The notes below the pieces were generated by a model, which saw only the letters and a list, made by a program, of their open reading frames with translations, was not told the origin of the DNA and made no database searches. Below, one piece after another: positions 59,196 through 64,000 of a stretch of 64,000 nt of DNA. Numbering within the stretch: the first letter of the stretch is position 1; the number at the start of each line of letters is the position of its first letter. Source of the DNA: an uncultured Nitrospirota bacterium (GTDB lineage Bacteria; CG2-30-53-67); NCBI GenBank assembly GCA_947259355.1, contig CAMYMF010000010.1:170-64169 (forward strand). Reading direction: 5' to 3'. A program made the translations under genes and the position numbers.

Positions 59196-60347
59196 ATGTC
59201 TGACTCATCCTCTCTGCGCCTGCAATTCATTGTCTTCTCCCTCATATCCGCCTCTTTCACCAATGTCTACATCACCCAGCCAGTGTTGCCCATACTGCAG
59301 CAGGAGTTCGCGGCGGACCTGGTCCTCGTTTCCCTTAGTGTCTCCGCCGTCATTCTGGGCATCGCCCTGTCCAACCTCCCCTTCGGCCTTGTGGCGGACA
59401 AATGGCCCATTCATCCGATCATCCTGACCGGCGGATCTCTGGTGGCCCTGGCCGGGCTGGTCTGCGCACTGACGCCGGACCTGTGGGTCCTGATCGTTGC
59501 GCGATTTCTGCAGGGGCTTTTCATTCCGGCTTTGACGACCTGCCTGGCGGCCTACCTGGCCCGCACCCTGCCACCGGCCCGCCTGAACGTCGTCATGGGC
59601 TCCTACGTCTCGGCCACCGTCGTGGGAGGGCTGGGCGGTCGCCTGCTGGGCGGTTGGATCCACCCACCCCTGCACTGGCGCTACGCCTTTGTGTCGGCCT
59701 CCGTGCTGATCTTGCTCGCGACACTCAACGCCTGGCGGCGCCTGCCGCGCACCCCCATGGAATCGGGACCCCGCCGAAGCTCGGTCGGCTTTCTGGCACT
59801 GCTGCGGCGTCGCGAGCTGCTGCGTATCTACGCCTGCGCCGCCGGAAGTTTTGCCCTTTTCTCGACAGTGTTCAATTATCTCCCGTTCCGATTGAGTGGC
59901 GCACCCTTTTACTTCTCCACCGAATTGACGACCCTGCTTTACCTGGTTTATGTGGTGGGCATCTTCATGGGACCCACGGCTGGCCGGATGAGCAACGCCA
60001 TGGGCAGCGGCAACACGCTCCTCGTGGGAAGCGCGCTGCTGGCGGTGTCGCTGGGGATCCTGTCGCTTCCCTCCATTGTCGCCGTTGTGGCCGGACTCCT
60101 GATTCTGTGCGCCGGGTTCTTCATGGTGCATGCGGCGGCCGTGGGATCTCTCAACCGGAAGCTCACCAGCGGTCAGGGAAGGGCCAATGCCCTCTATGTT
60201 CTCTTCTACTATACCGGCGGCTGGCTCGGCATCACGGCGTGCGGGTTTGCTTACAAGTTGGCCGGCTGGCGTGCCGTGGTCGCGCTCTGCATGCTCCTGG
60301 TGATCTTTCCCCTTCGAACAGGCCTGGGGGAGAGGAGAACCATCTGA
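59196..60347 (+). CDS. MFS transporter
   Basis: 12-TM pattern; start chosen at MSDSSSLRLQF. Confidence 0.85.
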   Translation: MSDSSSLRLQFIVFSLISASFTNVYITQPVLPILQQEFAADLVLVSLSVSAVILGIALSNLPFGLVADKWPIHPIILTGGSLVALAGLVCALTPDLWVLIVARFLQGLFIPALTTCLAAYLARTLPPARLNVVMGSYVSATVVGGLGGRLLGGWIHPPLHWRYAFVSASVLILLATLNAWRRLPRTPMESGPRRSSVGFLALLRRRELLRIYACAAGSFALFSTVFNYLPFRLSGAPFYFSTELTTLLYLVYVVGIFMGPTAGRMSNAMGSGNTLLVGSALLAVSLGILSLPSIVAVVAGLLILCAGFFMVHAAAVGSLNRKLTSGQGRANALYVLFYYTGGWLGITACGFAYKLAGWRAVVALCMLLVIFPLRTGLGERRTI

Positions 60348-60466
60348 TCCCGCAACGGCAGTGCCTGCAGCGGGGAAGGCGCTGCAGCTGCACTACACAG
60401 CACACGTGTTCGCGGGTATACTCAAAGCCGGTACCCCGCGGAACAAATCAACCGACGGAGTGCATC

Positions 60467-61249
60467 ATGAAGATCCCCGTCTATCACGTCGACGCTTTCA
60501 CGCAAAAGGTCTTCCAGGGAAACCCGGCGGCCGTCTGCCTTCTGAAGACGTGGCTTGACGATCAGACATTGTTGAACATCGCGGCCGAGAACAATCTCTC
60601 CGAAACAGCCTTTCTCGTGTCCCTCTCGTCTGGGCGTTACGGACTAAGGTGGTTCACGCCGACTTTGGAGATGGATCTTTGCGGCCACGCCACCCTGGCC
60701 AGCGCCTTTGTACTGTTCAAACACTACGATCAAAACCTGACGAGACTGCACTTCGAAACAGCCAGTGGGGTTCTGGCGGTGGAGAAATCGGATGACCTTC
60801 TCGCCATGGACTTCCCTGCCAGAGAGGCGACTCCCGTCGAAGCCTCACCGGAATTGGTCGAAGCCCTGGGCGGTTCACCGGTGGCCGTGCTTCGGTCGCG
60901 CGACCTCATGGCCGTCTTTGAAACAGAATCGGTCATTGCAAAGATGGCGCCGGACATCAAAAAGATAAGACAGCTCGATGCCTTTGGGGTCATTGTGACA
61001 GCCCCCGGCGCGACGGTCGATTTTGTCTCCCGCTTTTTTGCGCCCAAGGCGGGCGCGCCGGAGGACCCCGTCACAGGTTCTGCGCATTGCACTCTGGTTC
61101 CCTACTGGGCGGAGCGCCTGCGAAAGACCGAGCTGCACGCACGTCAATTGTCTGCCCGCGGCGGAGAACTCTTCTGCCGACATCTCGGCGACCGCGTCCG
61201 GATCGCAGGACACGCCGTGCTCTTTGCGCAGGGCGAGATCCATCTGTGA
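60467..61249 (+). CDS. PhzF-family isomerase-like protein
   Basis: MKIPVYHVDAFTQKVFQGNPAAVCLL..NLSETAFL..RWFTPTLEMDLCGHATLA..PVTGSAHCTLVPYW. Only the last 260 codons of the 615-aa listed ORF. Confidence 0.9.
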   Translation: MKIPVYHVDAFTQKVFQGNPAAVCLLKTWLDDQTLLNIAAENNLSETAFLVSLSSGRYGLRWFTPTLEMDLCGHATLASAFVLFKHYDQNLTRLHFETASGVLAVEKSDDLLAMDFPAREATPVEASPELVEALGGSPVAVLRSRDLMAVFETESVIAKMAPDIKKIRQLDAFGVIVTAPGATVDFVSRFFAPKAGAPEDPVTGSAHCTLVPYWAERLRKTELHARQLSARGGELFCRHLGDRVRIAGHAVLFAQGEIHL

Positions 61250-61574
61250 TTGTGCTGCCGGCGCCTCGTTGTCAGGGAAATTCTTACCTGTCTTCTTCGT
61301 ACAATCAATAGCGTCCAATGACAAAATTTCGTCGTCATTACATTGGCTCATCGTGTCAAATTCTTTGCTGTCGGACTAGACATAGTTGCGATTATCATGT
61401 ATTTTTTTGTTGGTTGGCTGGCAGCTACGAATTTCCGTCATTTTGGCTGCGGCAGGGGGTCCTACGTCACCGCGGTTGTCTTCTGTTGAGATCATCTCAA
61501 GAATGCACTGACAGAAGGATGTGACTAGGCCATCCGGGGGACAACCGGCTCGTGATCCCCGAGACTAGGAGATT

Positions 61575-62387
61575 ATGACGCAAGAGAGCTATGCCTGGGA
61601 TTCGGCGGAGTATGCGAAGCATTCCGACGCGCAGTATGCGTGGGCCCTCGAGCTGATTGGCAAACTGAACCTGAAAGGGGATGAGTCGGTTCTCGATATC
61701 GGCTGCGGCGATGGACGGGTCACGCTGGTCCTCGCGAAACAGGTGTCAAAGGGGCACGTTGTTGGCATCGACAGCTCGCAAAGCATGATCGCCCTGGCGC
61801 AAAAGCGCCTGCGCGAATCGGACTGTCGCAACACGGCCTTTGCCGTCGCCGATGCAACGGCGTTGCCCTTTGAGGACCGGTTCGACCTCGTCTTCTCCAA
61901 CGCTGCGCTGCACTGGACCCGAAATCATTCGGCCGTTTTGAACGGGGTGAATAGAAGTCTTAAGCCTTCGGGATACGTGCTGATGCAGATGGGTGGCCGC
62001 GGCAATGCCCAGAACCTGATCGACATCATCGACGGCGTGCGGATCAGGAGAAAATGGCGAAGCCATTTCGACGGCTTCCGCTTTGCCTATGGGTTCTACG
62101 GTGTGCACGAGTATACGGGGTGGCTGGCAGACGCCGGCCTTCATGCAACGCGGGTTGAAGAAATCCCGAAGACCCTGCGGCAACAAGGCAAAGCCGGACT
62201 GGCCGGCTGGATTCGCACCACCTGGCTGCCCTACACCCAACGGGTTCCGGAGAACCTCAGAGAGGTCTTCATCTCCGAGGTGGTTGATGCGTATGTGAAA
62301 GTCCATCCCCCGAATGGTGAAGGGACCGTTTGTGTCGAGATGATACGGCTTGAAGTCGAGGCGGTTAAAGGGAAGATTAATGCTTAA
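61575..62387 (+). CDS. class I SAM-dependent methyltransferase (Tam-like)
   Basis: VLDIGCGDGRVT motif I, ..FDLVFSNAALHW.., and a TAGGAGA SD. Confidence 0.85.
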   Translation: MTQESYAWDSAEYAKHSDAQYAWALELIGKLNLKGDESVLDIGCGDGRVTLVLAKQVSKGHVVGIDSSQSMIALAQKRLRESDCRNTAFAVADATALPFEDRFDLVFSNAALHWTRNHSAVLNGVNRSLKPSGYVLMQMGGRGNAQNLIDIIDGVRIRRKWRSHFDGFRFAYGFYGVHEYTGWLADAGLHATRVEEIPKTLRQQGKAGLAGWIRTTWLPYTQRVPENLREVFISEVVDAYVKVHPPNGEGTVCVEMIRLEVEAVKGKINA

Positions 62388-62567
62388 TCCGGATATACAA
62401 GAACTCAATACGACGAATATTTGCTGCCCCCTTGACGTCTATTTAGAGATGCAGCGCGTTTGCTCAGAGCTTTTGAACGCAATGGGCGACGAGTAGGGCA
62501 TTGCGCCTTCATCATGAAGGACTGCATCATATCCCATAACCCCTTTCTAAATAAGGAGGCATGAGCC

Positions 62568-63812
62568 ATGCACAGAAACATGAAAATCACATTCCTGCTT
62601 TTCGCCATGGTGGCCGCCTTCGGTCTGATCCTTGCGGGTCCGGCCTGGGCCAAGGTGGAAGGAGACATGATCACCTTCGGCGCTGCGGTCTCCTTTACCG
62701 GCAAGTACTCCACCAATGGCAAGCACACCAAGAACGGCTACGATCTCGCCGTCAAACGTCTCAATGAGATGGGCGGGGTCGAGGTGGCCGGAAAACACTA
62801 CAAGATCGAGGTCAAATACTATGACGATGAATCGACACCGGCCCGGGCCGGTCAGCTCGCGGATCGCCTGATCAAGCAGGATGGTATCAAGTTCATCCTC
62901 GGGCCATACGGTTCAGGCCCCACCAAAGGGATGGCGCCGATCACCGAAAAGTACCAGGTCCCCATGGTGGAAGCCAACGGCGCCTCTCGGGCGCTCTTCA
63001 ACAAAGGCTACCGTTACCTCTTTGCGGTGCTCACCACCTCCGAGCAGTATCTGACCGCGTCCGTCGATCTCCTGGCCGAGCAGTACCTGGCAGCGGGAAA
63101 GGATCCGCAGGATGCAAAAATCGCCGTCGCCGTGGAGAACGATCCCTTCTCCATGGACATTCGGGCGGGGATTCTGGACGACGCCCAGACCCACGGCATG
63201 CGGGTTGTCATCGACGACAAGCTACCCAAAGAACTCACCGACATGACGGTGACCCTCACCAAGGTCAAGGCCCTGAAACCGGACCTTCTGGTAGTGTCGG
63301 GCCACTCCAAGGGCGCGGCCCTGGCCGTTCGCCAGACAGCTCAGATGAAGGTTGATGTGGACATGCTGGCCATCACCCACTGTGAGGCGGCCGATGTGAA
63401 GGGCAAATTCGGGGCTGACGCGGAGTATACCCTCTGCGCGACCCAGTGGGCACCGACCATGTCTTACAAGGATGAATGGTTCGGCAGCGCCGGCGATTAT
63501 GCCAAGCGTTTCGAGGAAGAATACGGCTATGTGCCTCCCTATCAGGCAGCCGAGTCGTCGGCGGCGGTGCTCGTCTATGTCAACGCCATTCAACGGGCCG
63601 GCTCCTTCGACAAGGAGAAGGTTCGGGACGCCATTGCGGCCACCGACATGGAGACGTTCTACGGCCGAGTCGATTTCGATGATACCGGAAAGAACATCGC
63701 CAAGCCGATGGTGCTGCGCCAGATCCAAAACGGTGAGTACGTTCCGGTGGCGCCGAGCCAGTTTGCCGCAGAGAAGGTCATCTACCCCCGACCCAAATGG
63801 AAGGATCGATAA
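62568..63812 (+). CDS. ABC transporter substrate-binding protein, branched-chain amino acid (LivK-like) type
   Basis: Signal peptide MKITFLLFAMVAAFGLILAGPAWA and a Peripla_BP_6-like body, followed by a permease gene. Confidence 0.88.
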   Translation: MHRNMKITFLLFAMVAAFGLILAGPAWAKVEGDMITFGAAVSFTGKYSTNGKHTKNGYDLAVKRLNEMGGVEVAGKHYKIEVKYYDDESTPARAGQLADRLIKQDGIKFILGPYGSGPTKGMAPITEKYQVPMVEANGASRALFNKGYRYLFAVLTTSEQYLTASVDLLAEQYLAAGKDPQDAKIAVAVENDPFSMDIRAGILDDAQTHGMRVVIDDKLPKELTDMTVTLTKVKALKPDLLVVSGHSKGAALAVRQTAQMKVDVDMLAITHCEAADVKGKFGADAEYTLCATQWAPTMSYKDEWFGSAGDYAKRFEEEYGYVPPYQAAESSAAVLVYVNAIQRAGSFDKEKVRDAIAATDMETFYGRVDFDDTGKNIAKPMVLRQIQNGEYVPVAPSQFAAEKVIYPRPKWKDR

Positions 63813-63883
63813 GAACCGATAAACCGATGCCGCCCCCCGCCCTTCCATGAGACGGGGGGCGGCGCACACCGTAGGGATAGTCT

Positions 63884-64000
63884 GTGGACAATCTTCAAAT
63901 ACTATTTGCCGCCCCGGTCTTCTCCCTCCAGCTGCTCATCGATGGCATCCTCATCGGTGCCGTCTTTGCCCTCGCCGCCTATGGGATGGCCCTGGTCTGG
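63884..64000 (+). CDS. branched-chain amino acid ABC permease (LivH-like), 5' part only
   Basis: GTG start after AGGGA. VDNLQILFAAPVFSLQLLIDGILIGAVFALAAYGMALVW fits a LivH N-terminus. Runs off the window. Confidence 0.6.
   Translation, partial: MDNLQILFAAPVFSLQLLIDGILIGAVFALAAYGMALVW

Noticed and set aside
59402-61249. A 615-aa ORF spanning the MFS gene and the PhzF gene.
   Set aside because: Its first ~355 codons are an alternative frame of the MFS transporter (Arg/Pro/Gly-rich nonsense). Only the last 260 codons, from the ATG at 60467 with an SD, match PhzF.

Overview
GC-rich (roughly 60% by eye, not computed) chromosomal window. The gene content looks like an anaerobic Gram-negative: NrfHA nitrite reductase, a Tat-exported formate dehydrogenase, a sigma-54 activator and PEP-CTERM proteins. 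A Desulfobacterota/deltaproteobacterial origin is inference only. I call about 60 protein genes and found no rRNA, tRNA or CRISPR array.

Gene blocks in order:
- Two FtsX-type ABC permeases, a hydrolase, and a decayed fur/perR pseudogene next to katG.
- A lower-GC patch (about 11.6-14.3 kb) of small genes, including a bacterial MtrA-like corrinoid protein.
- A crotonase, and a LivK-like binding protein.
- A debris zone (18-19 kb) with an ArsM-like pseudogene and a 163-bp element with terminal inverted repeats.
- csp, then a polyferredoxin/TorD/Tat-peptide/fdhABC operon.
- A marR-yceI-pirin operon, and nrfHA.
- Secreted proteins of unknown function, a CZB-GGDEF cyclase, aroC, a thiolase and a quinone oxidoreductase.
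- A CysM-JAMM fusion.
- A sigma-54 activator divergent from a perfect -24/-12 promoter that drives a sulfite-reductase-like/TusA fusion.
- MFS transporters, a Cys-rich repeat lipoprotein, PhzF, a methyltransferase, and the start of a liv-type ABC operon.

Most interesting observations:
1. Two paralogous ~245-nt structured leaders, each with an intrinsic terminator, precede the amino-acid binding-protein gene and nrfHA. Their 48-nt core is identical at 42/48 positions. This is a candidate undescribed cis-regulatory RNA for nitrogen genes.
2. A ~90-bp segment inside a DUF2293 gene encodes the conserved family motif on the opposite strand, which suggests an intragenic inversion.
3. A sulfur-trafficking neighbourhood combines the CysM-JAMM fusion, the sigma-54 activator and the SiR-like/TusA fusion.
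4. Several genes are disrupted by in-frame stops or frameshifts: fur/perR, ArsM-like and AhpD-like.

All homology statements come from motif recognition by eye. No database search was run.
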